64,000 nt of DNA from Chthoniobacterales bacterium (GTDB lineage Bacteria > Verrucomicrobiota > Verrucomicrobiia > Chthoniobacterales > Chthoniobacteraceae): positions 51,787 through 115,786 of the forward strand of contig JBBQZX010000017.1 in the NCBI GenBank assembly GCA_038207335.1, read 5' to 3'. How positions within the stretch are numbered: position 1 is the stretch's first letter; the number at the start of each line of letters is the position of its first letter. Position numbers and translations under genes: made by a program. Under the pieces are notes generated by a model. It ran no database searches, was not told the DNA's origin, and saw only the letters and a program-made list of their open reading frames with translations. This document shows positions 31,084-41,675 of this stretch, in pieces.

Positions 31084-34000
31084 GCCAGCTTCTCTGCATC
31101 ATCACGGCGGAGGATGCGGCGCTGCGCGACCGGTCGCTCGACGAAATTTGCCTCGCGCTATCGTTCGAGGAATTGCGCGCGGAGGCGGCGGCACTCGATG
31201 CGTTTCGGCGACAGAGCGAGAATCTTTACGAGCGGGTCCGCGCACTCTTTTTTCTGTATGCGATCCATCGCTTCCATCTGCCGGCGCGCGCGGAATTGCA
31301 GGCGAGCGGGCAGATCCCGTTTCACGGTTACGAGCATCTGCTGCAGCGGCGCTTCGAGGAGGCGATCGACGTTTTTTTAACTGCGCAAAATGCGAATGGG
31401 CCGAGCGACGCGCTGAGCAGCGCGCTCGCGGCGGCGTATCATCGGCTCGCGTTTCAGACGCTCGCGGATCAGGTCAGACGCAGCGTTCGCGGGGTGCGGG
31501 GGAATCAGTGGATGTTTCGAATGGGGCATCCGAAAGATCAGCCGCTGAAGATTCGCGACGAGCTGCTTCGTCGAAATGGGGAGGACGATGCATTCCCGAT
31601 TTTGCGCGAGCGCACGCCGGTGCGAATGGACCTGACTCACAGCGCGTGGAGCGACATTTTTTTCCTCGGAATGGACTACCCCGAGGGCGCGAAAGTGCTG
31701 AATGTCTCGGTCGATCTCGGCGTGCATGGACGCGATTCGGCGACGCAACCGCCCGTCTCGGCGTGGCTGCGCGTGATCGAAGAGCCGGTTCTAAGGCTCG
31801 TGAGCGTGGACCTCGGCGTTCGCGCGGAGATCGCCAATCTCGCGGAGGTTTTCGACTTCGCGAAAGACTACCTCGGCCTGCTCAAGGCGGCGGTGATCGC
31901 GTCGGGACTCGTGCCGCCGGGGATCGAAGGGTCAGGGCAAAGTCTCGCAGATTTGCTCGCGACGATGGTCGGGCCGGGGCGCGGGCTGGAGCTCGTGAGC
32001 TCGGTGAATGACATCCCGAAAGGCTCGCGGCTCGCGGTCTCGACGAACCTGCTCGCGGCGCTCGTGAGCGTCTGCATGAGGGCGACGAGCCAGGCTGAAT
32101 CGCTGACCGGCGAGCTGAAGGAAAGCGAGCGGCGGCTGGTGCTGGCGCGCGCGCTTTTCGGCGAATGGATCGGGGGCAGCGGAGGCGGCTGGCAGGATTC
32201 CGGCGGCGTGTGGCCGGGAATGAAACTGATCGAGGGCGTGGCTGCGCAGACGGGCGATGCGGAGTGGGGCGTGAGCCGCGGACGGTTGATGCCGAAACAT
32301 CGCATCCTCGACGAGGCGGATGCGTCGGCGGAAACGCGGAAGAAGTTGCAGGAAAGTCTCGTGCTCGTTCACGGCGGGATGGCGCAAAATGTCGGGCCGA
32401 TTCTCGAGATGGTGACGGAGAAATATCTGCTGCGGAGCGCGGCTGAATGGCGCGGGCGAGCGGAGGCGCTCGGCATCCTCGGCGACATCCTCGATGCGCT
32501 GCGCGACGGCGACATCGCGCACGTCGGCGAGGTGACGACACGCAATTTTCAGGGGCCGATTCAGACGATCATTCCGTGGGCTTCGACGTTTTACACGGAG
32601 CGGTTGATCGAGCAGGTGCGCGCGGAATTCGGCTCGGATTTCTGGGGCTTTTGGATGCTCGGCGGAATGTCCGGCGGCGGGATGGGTTTTATCTTTGCGC
32701 CCGAGAAAAAAGCAGCCGCGCAGAAGCGGCTGCAGGAGATTATGAGCGCGACGAAGCGCGAACTGGAGCACGCGCTGCCGTTCGCGATGGAGCCGGTGGT
32801 GTATGACTTTTCGATCAATGAGCGCGGGACTTTTGCCGACCTCCGCGCGGGTGCGAACGCGCTGATGCCTGCGGGATATTACGCGCTGACCGTGCCGGAA
32901 TTGCTACGGCAGGATCGCCGCACGCTCTCGCCGATGCGGCGCGCGGAGCTGGATAAATTCGGCGCGGCGTGCCGGACGAAGCCGGAACTTCGCGGGATGG
33001 TGCAGACGCTTTTCGACGCGATGCTGCCGCGCGGGAAAGCGGAGGCGTCGGGCGGGGAAAATCTCGCGGCGCTTCTGGCCGAGCACGGCTTCGATGCGAA
33101 GCAGCACGAGCAGATTCGCGGGCAGCTCCGCGAGGGGCGCATTGGGCTCGCGCAGAACCGGCTGCCGGCGAATTCGGTGATCGAGGACGTGCAGCCCGGC
33201 GACGTTTTCGATGCGACGAATTTCGACTCGAAAACGGCGCGGGACATTGGCCTCGCGGCACTGCGCTCGGGCGAGGTCGCGGTCGTCACGCTCGCCGCCG
33301 GCGCGGGGTCGCGCTGGACGCAGGGCGCGGGAGTCGTGAAGGCGCTGCATCCTTTCTGCAAGCTGCACGGACGGCATCGCACCTTCCTCGAAACGCACCT
33401 CGCGAAGAGCCGCAAAATCGGGCGGCTGGCGGGCACGGAACTGCCTCACATTTTCACGACAAGCTATCTCACGCACGGACCGACGGCGGCGTTTTTGGAG
33501 CAGGAGAAAAATTACGGATACAACGGGCCGCTGTTTCTTTCGCCGGGCAAAAACGTGGGGCTCCGGATGGTGCCGACGGAGCGGGATTTGCGGTTCGCGT
33601 GGGAGGAGATGCCGCAGCAGATGCTCGATGAGCAGCAGCAGAAAGTGCGGCAGAGTTTGCGCGCAGCGCTGATCGGCTGGGCGCGCGCCAGCGGCGAGGC
33701 GAGCGACTACACGGACAATCTCCCGCTGCAATGTCTGCATCCGGTCGGGCATTGGTTCGAAGTGCCGAATCTGCTTCGCAATGGCACGCTCGCGCGACTG
33801 CTCGCGGAGCGACCGCAGACGCGATTTTTAATGCTGCACAATATCGACACGCTGGGCGCGAATGTTGATCCCGCGTTGCTCGGACGGCACATCGGGTCGG
33901 GCGCGTGCCTCACTTTCGAAGTCATCACACGGCGGCTGGAGGATCGCGGCGGCGGGCTGGCGCGGGTGAATGGAAGGGTGCGGCTCGTGGAGGGGCTCGC

Positions 34001-34400
34001 GATGCCGCGCGAGGAGGCGGAATTTGCGTTGAGCTATTACAATACGCTCACGACTTGGATCGATCTCGACCGGCTGCTCGCGGCGTTCGGACTCACGCGG
34101 GCGGAGCTTTCCGACGACGAAAAAGTGGCGCAGGCGATCCGTAGTCTCGCGGCGAAGATGCCAACTTACATCACGCTGAAAGACGTGAAGAAGCGTTGGG
34201 GTCATGGCCAGGAGGATGTTTTCCCGGTGACGCAATTCGAAAAACTGTGGGGCGACATGAGCGCGCTGCCGGAGATCGACACGCGGTTCGCAGTAGTGCC
34301 GCGGATGCGCGGGCAGCAGCTCAAGGATCAGGCGCAGCTCGACGCGTGGCTGCGCGACGGGTCGGCGGCGTGGATCGAGGGGCTGTGCGATTGGGGCTAG
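31080..34400 (+). CDS. Fusion: GHMP-family sugar kinase + UDPGP-family UTP:sugar-1-P uridylyltransferase
   Basis: Kinase part: [32 protein letters not shown]-terminal part: [33 protein letters not shown]. Confidence 0.8.
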   Translation: MSQLLCIITAEDAALRDRSLDEICLALSFEELRAEAAALDAFRRQSENLYERVRALFFLYAIHRFHLPARAELQASGQIPFHGYEHLLQRRFEEAIDVFLTAQNANGPSDALSSALAAAYHRLAFQTLADQVRRSVRGVRGNQWMFRMGHPKDQPLKIRDELLRRNGEDDAFPILRERTPVRMDLTHSAWSDIFFLGMDYPEGAKVLNVSVDLGVHGRDSATQPPVSAWLRVIEEPVLRLVSVDLGVRAEIANLAEVFDFAKDYLGLLKAAVIASGLVPPGIEGSGQSLADLLATMVGPGRGLELVSSVNDIPKGSRLAVSTNLLAALVSVCMRATSQAESLTGELKESERRLVLARALFGEWIGGSGGGWQDSGGVWPGMKLIEGVAAQTGDAEWGVSRGRLMPKHRILDEADASAETRKKLQESLVLVHGGMAQNVGPILEMVTEKYLLRSAAEWRGRAEALGILGDILDALRDGDIAHVGEVTTRNFQGPIQTIIPWASTFYTERLIEQVRAEFGSDFWGFWMLGGMSGGGMGFIFAPEKKAAAQKRLQEIMSATKRELEHALPFAMEPVVYDFSINERGTFADLRAGANALMPAGYYALTVPELLRQDRRTLSPMRRAELDKFGAACRTKPELRGMVQTLFDAMLPRGKAEASGGENLAALLAEHGFDAKQHEQIRGQLREGRIGLAQNRLPANSVIEDVQPGDVFDATNFDSKTARDIGLAALRSGEVAVVTLAAGAGSRWTQGAGVVKALHPFCKLHGRHRTFLETHLAKSRKIGRLAGTELPHIFTTSYLTHGPTAAFLEQEKNYGYNGPLFLSPGKNVGLRMVPTERDLRFAWEEMPQQMLDEQQQKVRQSLRAALIGWARASGEASDYTDNLPLQCLHPVGHWFEVPNLLRNGTLARLLAERPQTRFLMLHNIDTLGANVDPALLGRHIGSGACLTFEVITRRLEDRGGGLARVNGRVRLVEGLAMPREEAEFALSYYNTLTTWIDLDRLLAAFGLTRAELSDDEKVAQAIRSLAAKMPTYITLKDVKKRWGHGQEDVFPVTQFEKLWGDMSALPEIDTRFAVVPRMRGQQLKDQAQLDAWLRDGSAAWIEGLCDWG

Positions 34401-34456
34401 CCGTCGGCGTCCCCGCCTCCTTATCTGGTGCAAAAGTGCCCGACGACTCGCATCGT

Positions 34457-34475
34457 GACAGCCGGGACGGCTGTC
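34457..34475. repeat. Short REP-like palindrome
   Basis: GACAGCCG-GGA-CGGCTGTC in an intergenic region. Confidence 0.45.
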
Positions 34476-34549
34476 TTCCGTACGCGTGGCATCACATGCA
34501 GTTTTCGGTTGTCAGGGAAAATCGGAATCGGTTAAACCGTCGCCCACTT

Positions 34550-34918
34550 ATGAATCGACGTTTCGTTCCAGCCGTTTTGGTTACGGCAGTTGGCCTTCTC
34601 ACGGCTTGCAATAACACGCCTCCAAAACAGCATGGCCAGCGGCCACCGTATCATCCCCCGGTGACGCAGGATGAACCCATGGATCGCCCGGTGCGCCACG
34701 ATGAGCCAGAGCCCGCGCCGCCTACAAACAACGATCCCGTCGTTCCGCCGACCGCCCCGACTGTTGGGAACCCCGAATACGGCAAGAAAGTCGCCGGAAA
34801 AGATGGCTTCGTTACGAGCCCCTACGCGCCTTCCTCAGGCTATGTCGATGTCCGCGGATTTCCGCCCGGGACGGAAGTGAAGGACCCCTACACAGGCAAG
34901 ATTTTCCTCGTCCCGTAA
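34550..34918 (+). CDS. Pro-rich lipoprotein
   Basis: Lipobox LTAC; C-terminal VTSPY...YVDVRGFPPGTEVKDPYTGKIFLVP module. Confidence 0.8.
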   Translation: MNRRFVPAVLVTAVGLLTACNNTPPKQHGQRPPYHPPVTQDEPMDRPVRHDEPEPAPPTNNDPVVPPTAPTVGNPEYGKKVAGKDGFVTSPYAPSSGYVDVRGFPPGTEVKDPYTGKIFLVP

Positions 34919-34945
34919 ACGGCTCGCAGGTCGCAAGAAATTCCC

Positions 34946-34986
34946 GACCCCGGCTCGTGGCACAGCGCTGCGAGCCGGGGTCTTTT
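34946..34986 (+). terminator. Strong hairpin + U tract immediately before tyrA
   Basis: GACCCCGGCTCG (34946-57) pairs with CGAGCCGGGGTC (34971-82), followed by TTTT. Confidence 0.6.
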
Positions 34987-34991
34987 GTCGC

Positions 34992-35846
34992 ATGAAGAAA
35001 GTCGCAATCCTCGGCCCCGGACTTCTCGGCGGCTCGATCGCGCTCGCGTTGCACGCGCGCGACGGAGTGTCCGTCGCGATGTGGGCCCGGCGAGCGGAGG
35101 CTGCGGCAGAGGTGGTGGAAAAAGGAGTCGCGGAGTTTGCTTCGAGCGACCTCGCTGAGGTCGTGCGCGATGCGGACGTCGTCGTTTTTTGCACGCCTGT
35201 CGGCGCGATGCCGGCGCTCGCGCGCACGATCGCTCCGCTGATTCCTCCGGGCGCGCTCGTCACCGATGTCGGCAGCGTCAAAGCGGCGGTGGCCGCGGAA
35301 CTCGCGCCCATTTTCAAAGGCAAGGCGCGCTTCGTTGGGAGCCATCCGATGGCCGGTTCGGAGCAGGCGGGGCTCGATGCCGCGCGGGCGGAGCTCTTTG
35401 TGGGAGCGACTTGCATCGTCACGCCCGATGCGGATTCGCAAACGAAGGCAGTCGCGGAGGTCTGCGCATTTTGGGAAATGCTCGGCTGCACGGTGGCGCG
35501 ACTTTCTCCTCAGGCACACGACGAAGCCGTCGCACTCGTTAGCCACTTTCCGCATCTTCTCGCAGCCTCACTCGTCGAGATGGTCGCCGGTGAAAACGCC
35601 GCTGCACTCGCGCTGTGCGGACCGGGTTTTCGCGACACCACGCGGGTCGCGAGCGGTCCGCCGGCGATGTGGACCGAGATCCTGCAAACCAACCGCGCGG
35701 CGGTGCAAAAATCCGCGGAGGCAATGATTGAAAAGCTCCGCGAAATCATAACACTCCTCGGCCCGGCAGCCCCGAAACACGCGATGCACGACTTTCTCAC
35801 CCAAGCAAAAAACCGGCGCGACTCGCTGCGCCGCACCGACCGATGA
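34992..35846 (+). CDS. tyrA: Prephenate dehydrogenase
   Basis: GPGLLGGS, TDVGSVK, GSHPMAGSE, HDEAVALVSHFPH, FRDTTRVA. Confidence 0.93.
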   Translation: MKKVAILGPGLLGGSIALALHARDGVSVAMWARRAEAAAEVVEKGVAEFASSDLAEVVRDADVVVFCTPVGAMPALARTIAPLIPPGALVTDVGSVKAAVAAELAPIFKGKARFVGSHPMAGSEQAGLDAARAELFVGATCIVTPDADSQTKAVAEVCAFWEMLGCTVARLSPQAHDEAVALVSHFPHLLAASLVEMVAGENAAALALCGPGFRDTTRVASGPPAMWTEILQTNRAAVQKSAEAMIEKLREIITLLGPAAPKHAMHDFLTQAKNRRDSLRRTDR

Positions 35847-37174
35847 GCGACTGGAAAATCCGCCGCGCACCGGCAATCCAAACCGAGATCACCGTCCCCG
35901 GCGACAAGAGCATCTCGCACCGCTCCGTCATGCTCGCGGCCATGACAAATGGCCCGTGCGTCATCCGCGGCTTCCTGCCGAGCGAGGACTGCCTGTGCAC
36001 CGTCTCGGCAATGCGCGCCCTCGGCATCGAAGTCGAAAACGTCGATTCTACCACGCTCGTCGTGCACGGTAGGCGAGGCGTTTTCACCGCGCCGACACGC
36101 GACATCGATTGCGGAAACTCCGGCACCACCATGCGCCTCATCGCCGGCATCCTCGCGGGGCAGCCATTCCGCTCGCGGCTCATCGGCGACGCGTCGCTCT
36201 CGAAACGCCCGATGCGCCGCGTCATCGAGCCGCTCACCGAGATGGGCGCCAAGATCACGGCTGAGGGAAAAGACGGGCGCCCACCGCTGCTCATCGAGGG
36301 CTCGAAGCTCAAGCCGATCCAATACTTCTCCCCTGTCTCCAGCGCGCAGGTGAAAAGCGCGGTGCTCCTCGCTGGCATGTTTGCCAGCGGAAAGACTAGC
36401 GTCACCGAGCCCACACAGAGCCGCGACCACACGGAGCGAATGCTCGAGTATTTCCTCGTCCGCCCGAAAAAAGAGGACCTCACCGTCAGCATCCATGGCG
36501 GGCAGACGCCCGAGTCGCGCGACTTCGACGTGCCAGGCGACATCTCCAGCGCGGCATTTTGGCTCGTCGCCGCCGCGGCGCATCCTCACGCCGAAGTGCT
36601 CGTGAAAAACATCGGCCTCAATGAAACCCGCAACGGCGTGCTCGCCGTGCTTTTGCGAATGGGCGCACACATCCGCGTGGTGGTTGAAAATGAGGAGGCC
36701 GAGCCGACGGGGTCGATCAAGCTCACCGGCACGCGCCTGAAGGCCACGACCATCGCTGGGAAGGAAATCCCGAACGTCATCGACGAGCTTCCGATCCTCG
36801 CGGTCGCCGGTGCGCTCGCGACGGGCAAGACGATCATCACGGACGCGAAGGAGTTGCGCGTGAAGGAGACCGACCGTATCGCGGCGATCGCTACCAATCT
36901 CCGCGCGATGGGCGCGCAAGTCACCGAGACCGAGGACGGGATGGAGATCACCGGCGGCGCGCCTCTCCACGGCGCGCGCCTCGAGAGCTTCGGCGATCAT
37001 CGCATCGCAATGGCCTTTGCCATCGCCGGCCTTTTTGCCGAAGGCGAAACGACGATCGTGGATACCGCTTGCGTCGGCACCTCCTACCCCGGCTTCTTCG
37101 AGCAGCTCGGCCACATCATGCGCGACCCACGCCAGCCGCACACGCCCGTCTTCTCCGGCGCGCCGCACATCTAA
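35843..37174 (+). CDS. aroA: 3-phosphoshikimate 1-carboxyvinyltransferase (EPSP synthase)
   Basis: PGDKSISHR, GNSGTTMRL, SAQVKS, RDHTERM, ELRVKETDR, DHRIAM. Confidence 0.97.
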   Translation: MSDWKIRRAPAIQTEITVPGDKSISHRSVMLAAMTNGPCVIRGFLPSEDCLCTVSAMRALGIEVENVDSTTLVVHGRRGVFTAPTRDIDCGNSGTTMRLIAGILAGQPFRSRLIGDASLSKRPMRRVIEPLTEMGAKITAEGKDGRPPLLIEGSKLKPIQYFSPVSSAQVKSAVLLAGMFASGKTSVTEPTQSRDHTERMLEYFLVRPKKEDLTVSIHGGQTPESRDFDVPGDISSAAFWLVAAAAHPHAEVLVKNIGLNETRNGVLAVLLRMGAHIRVVVENEEAEPTGSIKLTGTRLKATTIAGKEIPNVIDELPILAVAGALATGKTIITDAKELRVKETDRIAAIATNLRAMGAQVTETEDGMEITGGAPLHGARLESFGDHRIAMAFAIAGLFAEGETTIVDTACVGTSYPGFFEQLGHIMRDPRQPHTPVFSGAPHI

Positions 37175-37837
37175 ATGAGCGCCGAAGCGCACCTCGTCAT
37201 CGCCATCGACGGCCCCGCGGCGTCCGGCAAAAGCAGCGTCGCGCGCGCCCTCGCCCGCCGCCTCGGATACCTCTACGTGAATACCGGTGCCATGTATCGC
37301 GCCATCACCTGGCACATCGTCGCCGCCGGGCTCGACACCTCCGACCCCGCCGCCGTCCTTCCCGTGTTTGAAAAGGCCGACGTCCGCTGCGGCACACGCG
37401 GGCTAGAGAGCGAAATCCTCATCGACGGCAAAGACCCCACGCCGCACCTCCTCGACGAGGCGGTCATCGCCAACGTCTCCAACATCGCCACGATCCCCGA
37501 AGTCCGCGCCCGGCTCGTCGCGCTCCAGCGCGCGTACTCCGCCGAGGCCGACCTCGTCATGGAGGGTCGCGACATCGGCACCGCGGTCTTTCCCGAGACG
37601 CCGTATAAATTCTACATCGACGCCTCGCCGGAAGTCCGCGCCCAGCGCCGCTCGCGGCAAGGCATCGCCGACACCATCAGCGCGCGCGACCGGCAGGACA
37701 GCACCCGCCGCGTCTCCCCCCTCACCATCGCCGAGGACGCGCACGTCATCGACAGCTCCCACCTCACCATCGACGGCGTCGTCGGCGAGATCATCGGGCG
37801 GCTCAAGATGAAAGGCCTCGACCTCGGCGACCGCTGA
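37175..37837 (+). CDS. cmk: Cytidylate kinase
   Basis: IAIDGPAASGKSS, TGAMYRA, EGRDIGT, RDRQDS. Confidence 0.95.
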   Translation: MSAEAHLVIAIDGPAASGKSSVARALARRLGYLYVNTGAMYRAITWHIVAAGLDTSDPAAVLPVFEKADVRCGTRGLESEILIDGKDPTPHLLDEAVIANVSNIATIPEVRARLVALQRAYSAEADLVMEGRDIGTAVFPETPYKFYIDASPEVRAQRRSRQGIADTISARDRQDSTRRVSPLTIAEDAHVIDSSHLTIDGVVGEIIGRLKMKGLDLGDR

Positions 37838-38466
37838 TGGGCGCGATTTACCAGACCGGCTACCACCTCGCGCGCTTCATCGGGCGCACCTTCTTCGACT
37901 ACCGCGTCATCCACCGCCAGCGCATCATCGAGGAGGGCCCAGCCATTCTGGCCATGAACCACGAGAGCTATCTCGATCCCCCGCTCGCCGGCATCGCCTG
38001 CCGCCGCGAGATCTACTACCTCGCGCGCAAGACCCTTCTCGCGGCCCCCATCCTCGGCCCCCTCCTGCCCGACATGAACGTCGTCCCCATCGATCAGGAG
38101 CGCGCCGACATGAGCGCACTAAAGTCACTCATCAAAATCATCCGCGCCGGCCATTGCAGCGTCATCTTTCCCGAGGGCTCGCGCACCCTCGATGGCCGGC
38201 TCCAGCCTGCGCAACCCGGCGTCGGCCTCGTCATCGCCAAGACCCTCGCCCCCGTCGTCCCCATGCGCATCTTTGGAGCGCACCAAGCCTTTCCTCGCGG
38301 GGGAAAACCGCGCCTCTTCACCCCCATCACCCTCGTCGTCGGCGAGCCGATCATCTTCACAAAAGCCGACCTCATCGGCGAAGGCCGCGAGCTCTACCAG
38401 CACCTCAGCGAACGAGTCATGGAGCGCATCGCCGCCATCACCGCCGAAGACGCGGGCATTTTGTAA
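37837..38466 (+). CDS. plsC: 1-acyl-sn-glycerol-3-phosphate acyltransferase
   Basis: NHESYLD (HxxxxD), FPEGSR. Confidence 0.88.
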   Translation: MGAIYQTGYHLARFIGRTFFDYRVIHRQRIIEEGPAILAMNHESYLDPPLAGIACRREIYYLARKTLLAAPILGPLLPDMNVVPIDQERADMSALKSLIKIIRAGHCSVIFPEGSRTLDGRLQPAQPGVGLVIAKTLAPVVPMRIFGAHQAFPRGGKPRLFTPITLVVGEPIIFTKADLIGEGRELYQHLSERVMERIAAITAEDAGIL

Positions 38467-38490
38467 CCGGGATCGGCGATCCCGGCTACA
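38462..38490. repeat. GTAG-type REP palindrome
   Basis: TGTAACCGGGATC-GGC-GATCCCGGCTACA near-perfect hairpin overlapping the plsC stop. Confidence 0.7.
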
Positions 38491-38495
38491 GCTCG

Positions 38496-38939
38496 CTAGT
38501 CCAAAACGTGCCCGCGCCAGCGGCGCTTCGGAGCCTCCGGAGCTGTGGGAGAGCTGGCTGCGACAGGCACCGCCGTCACTGCAGAGGCGGTTGGGGCCGC
38601 TGTCACCGTCACGTCGCCGATTTGGCGGATCGCCACGTTCAGCGCCATCTTCAGCGCGGGATAATTCACGCTCTGCTCGGCCAGCACATTGAACGTGAAG
38701 CCCGGTCGACGGCGGCTGATGAGCCAGTGACTCTCGAATTTCACCACCAACTCGTTCACCGCGTCGATGTGCGGCTCGGCGGCTTCGCTGATGCCGTTCA
38801 GCCGGCGTCCGATCTCGGAGAAAATGGAGTCTGCGTAAACCTCCGGCATGTCTCGGGAAGCGAGCGCGCCGTCTGGCGTCAGCACGAAACTTCCGAACAC
38901 ACCGGGGATGTCTTTGAGCGCTTTGAGGACTTGATTCAT
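38496..38939 (-). CDS. Roadblock/LC7 (MglB-like) domain protein
   Basis: LKALKDIPGVFGSFVLTPDGALAS...ELVVKFE...VNYPALKMAL pattern. Confidence 0.75.
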   Translation of the reverse strand: MNQVLKALKDIPGVFGSFVLTPDGALASRDMPEVYADSIFSEIGRRLNGISEAAEPHIDAVNELVVKFESHWLISRRRPGFTFNVLAEQSVNYPALKMALNVAIRQIGDVTVTAAPTASAVTAVPVAASSPTAPEAPKRRWRGHVLD

Positions 38940-38941
38940 AG

Positions 38942-39652
38942 CTAGGAGAGCTTCTTGGAAATTGCAGTCAGGTTGGTTTTGGAAGAGGTCACCACCGCGG
39001 TCGTCCCCGCGGCGGTGGCGATGCAGAGCATCTTCTTTTCAGGACCGATGAGTTGCGCCTCGAAGAGCCCCTCGATGCCGAGAGCGGCGCCGACGTGCAC
39101 GAGGAGTTGCGAGGCATAGGCGATGGCACTGTGGAGCGCCTCGGGGTCGTCCCCCTTGGCCTCCAGAAGTTCGTCGTCCACGGAGAATTGCACCGCATTC
39201 AGGATTTCGGGATCGTCAAATAGAGTCATATCGAGCGTTTCAATCATAGGAGCAGGTGGTAGTGGAAAAAGGGTGACAGTGCTGGTCGCGTGGACTTTTT
39301 CGTCGTGGTAGTGGGCGGCCTCCATCAGCAGATTTTCCCAGGGCCGCGTGATCGTTTCGTCGAGGGCCCGGACGCCGTCTTCCAGCGAGAAGGCCCCGCG
39401 CGTCCACGTCATCATCTCGAACAGCGCCTCCTGCCCCGCGAGCCCGCCGACTTCCGCGTGGACGATCTGCCCGCCGGTCACGTAGATGCGCCCGACTACA
39501 TCGCCGCGATCCACGCGGATCATGCGGGTGTGCATTCCGAGGCATTCCATCTGCACGAGATTGTGCAGATTTGCTGAGACCATGACTCCCTCGAAGCCTT
39601 TCGTCGCGGGCTCTTCATCGCTGGATGGCAGGGCGGAGCGGCTGGCGTTCAT
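38942..39652 (-). CDS. DUF4388 (PatA_N-like) domain protein with C-terminal roadblock-like region
   Basis: FEGVM...LHNLVQM, GRIYVTGGQIVHAE, GQEALFEMMTW..GAF, LLMEAA...DE. Confidence 0.8.
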   Translation of the reverse strand: MNASRSALPSSDEEPATKGFEGVMVSANLHNLVQMECLGMHTRMIRVDRGDVVGRIYVTGGQIVHAEVGGLAGQEALFEMMTWTRGAFSLEDGVRALDETITRPWENLLMEAAHYHDEKVHATSTVTLFPLPPAPMIETLDMTLFDDPEILNAVQFSVDDELLEAKGDDPEALHSAIAYASQLLVHVGAALGIEGLFEAQLIGPEKKMLCIATAAGTTAVVTSSKTNLTAISKKLS

Positions 39653-39849
39653 AGGATTGGCGGTGAAGTAGTTTCGCGAATATTTCGGCGAATCCCGTCT
39701 AAGCAGCAGCGGTGCCAGATGTAGCCGCGAGCCGGAGATTGTGTAAAATAGCGGCTTCCCGGCCCACTCAACTTTGCGACCGCGTGGAGTTTCCCGCGCC
39801 TTTCGACCGCTCTATAAGATGGCTTCGCGCCACGCGAGAAGCTTCACCG

Positions 39850-41376
39850 TCACGGAATAAGCGCATGCCGAAATGTCCAGAACGTCCACGGATCGCGCTT
39901 CATTTCGGAGAGTTTGCGTCTCGCGGGGAGCAGGCCCTCGTGCAAGACGAGCTTCAAATCGTCGATGACCGCCTTGACTCCGAAGTATGTATGGTTGAGC
40001 CCGAGTTGGTCGAAATCGACATCGGACGCGTCGATCGTGTCGAGACCGTCGGCGAGGAAGAGCGCTGTCCCGGCGAGGCCGAGCGGCGGAAAGCTGCTGA
40101 ACTTTTGCGAAGCCTCCAGAGCCCGGTCGTGTGAAGAAGCGTAGAGGGTGGTGTGGCGCGCGGGGCCGCGCATGCTGGCCCATCGCGTGTCTGAAAATCC
40201 GTATGCCGGCACGTCAGGCGCGGCCATCACGACTTCATCGATGATCGGCTTGTCGGGCGAAATCCGCGCGAGAGTCTGAAGCGCATCGACGAGCGCGCGA
40301 TTTCCCATGCTGTGCGCGACGACATTGATGCGCCTCGCTCCGGCAGCGCGGGTGTGGTCGATAACGTCTTGGAGAAAAGTGGTGAACCGCGTGGATGTCG
40401 CGGCGACGGCGACCTCGTCGTGCTTGTAGCCGATAGGTGACCATGAGCCTTTCGACGACCAACTGTAGAGGACGGGGACGCCGTTGAAGCCCATGTCGTA
40501 GGCGAGGACGGCGATACGGCTGGCGGCGTCGTCGAAGGTGTTGTTGAAGCCGTGAATGAACACGAGCACCTCGCGCTCGGTCTCGGGGCGACGAGCGACT
40601 TCGCGCTCGAGCCGGGCGAAGAACTGGTCTTTTGCCGAGAGGAGCGGCTTTTCCACGATGACGTGTTTCTTCGGGTTTTCGGGGAGGCTGATGCCGAAAA
40701 TGGAGAACGGCTTTTCGACTTCGTTCACCTCGTGCTCGGCGATGGGGATGCTGACCTGGCAGACGCCGTAATGGAACTCGAGCCGCCCATCGGCACGTGT
40801 GTCGCCAAACCACTTCGGCTGCCGCTCGCTCTGCGTCCACTCGCGGTCGGTGGCAAAATTGATGGTGACTCGGCCGGTCGCGACCGGCGGGGGCGCGGGG
40901 GCGGCAGCGCCCACTGCCGGAGGCGGAGCGACAACCGACGGCGGCTCTGCGGCGGGTGGAGTGGCAGTTTCGCCGCGCACTGCCGTGGGCATGCGAGGCC
41001 GACTTTCGTCGCGCGACATTGCGGGCACCTGCTCGACCACGTCGATCTGATGCGGTTGCGAAGCCATTTTCACGAACTTCCGGGGCTTCTCGGGCATTCC
41101 CTCGCCGACCGCGACGGGTTCATGGCGCTCCTCCGCTCTCGTGGCATCCCGCTCGACGGGCTCAGCGGCGGCATCGGGCTTTGCTTGGTCGGCCATTTCG
41201 ATTCCACCGCCGACTGGCTCGACGCTCGCGGGCGCGCGCCCCGCGCCGCTTTTTGTCGCTCCCTCGGATGACGCGTGCGGCGGCGCTTTCGAGAGAGGAG
41301 CCCTCATGCAACCCGCAACCAGCGTGGCAAAAGCCAGCAACGCCCAAACCGTCCGGAGATGAAGGGGTAATTTCAT
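39850..41376 (-). CDS. Alpha/beta hydrolase (DUF900 esterase/lipase-like) lipoprotein
   Basis: Lipobox VAGC, Pro/Ala linker, FATDR, VFIHGFNN, AHSMGNR, AAPDV, NHTYF. Confidence 0.85.
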   Translation of the reverse strand: MKLPLHLRTVWALLAFATLVAGCMRAPLSKAPPHASSEGATKSGAGRAPASVEPVGGGIEMADQAKPDAAAEPVERDATRAEERHEPVAVGEGMPEKPRKFVKMASQPHQIDVVEQVPAMSRDESRPRMPTAVRGETATPPAAEPPSVVAPPPAVGAAAPAPPPVATGRVTINFATDREWTQSERQPKWFGDTRADGRLEFHYGVCQVSIPIAEHEVNEVEKPFSIFGISLPENPKKHVIVEKPLLSAKDQFFARLEREVARRPETEREVLVFIHGFNNTFDDAASRIAVLAYDMGFNGVPVLYSWSSKGSWSPIGYKHDEVAVAATSTRFTTFLQDVIDHTRAAGARRINVVAHSMGNRALVDALQTLARISPDKPIIDEVVMAAPDVPAYGFSDTRWASMRGPARHTTLYASSHDRALEASQKFSSFPPLGLAGTALFLADGLDTIDASDVDFDQLGLNHTYFGVKAVIDDLKLVLHEGLLPARRKLSEMKRDPWTFWTFRHALIP

Positions 41377-41675
41377 GCGAACCTCGCGCGAATTTGAACC
41401 AGAATTCCAGCGATTCAGCAATGCAGATCTGCCGCTTGGAGAGTCGAAGATTTCACTGCCGAGGTGCCGGAGACGTGGAAGCGGGAGACCGCGCGGAGTT
41501 TGAACTAAAACGGTCCAGAAGCTCCAAATAGGTGCGATTTTCTCCAGGAATGCAGAGTCACTAGAATAGCCGCGTCTCCGCATCTCCTCGGTCGGAGGTT
41601 TCATTCACATCGGATTGGATGCGCGGGAAGGTTGGTCTTGCCGGAGAAGGAGCGCGTGAGTTTAGTCGCGGGCTC

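Noticed and set aside
35510..37315. 601-aa minus-strand ORF, and similar long ORFs at 47929-49470, 43639-44661, 44696-46129, 55305-56555, 56634-58010
   Set aside because: Antisense or alternate frames of well-supported genes; long open shadows are expected at this GC content
41377..41620. 76-aa N-terminal extension of the DUF900 ORF or a separate small gene
   Set aside because: The lipoprotein signal begins at 41376; the upstream stretch has no motif and looks intergenic
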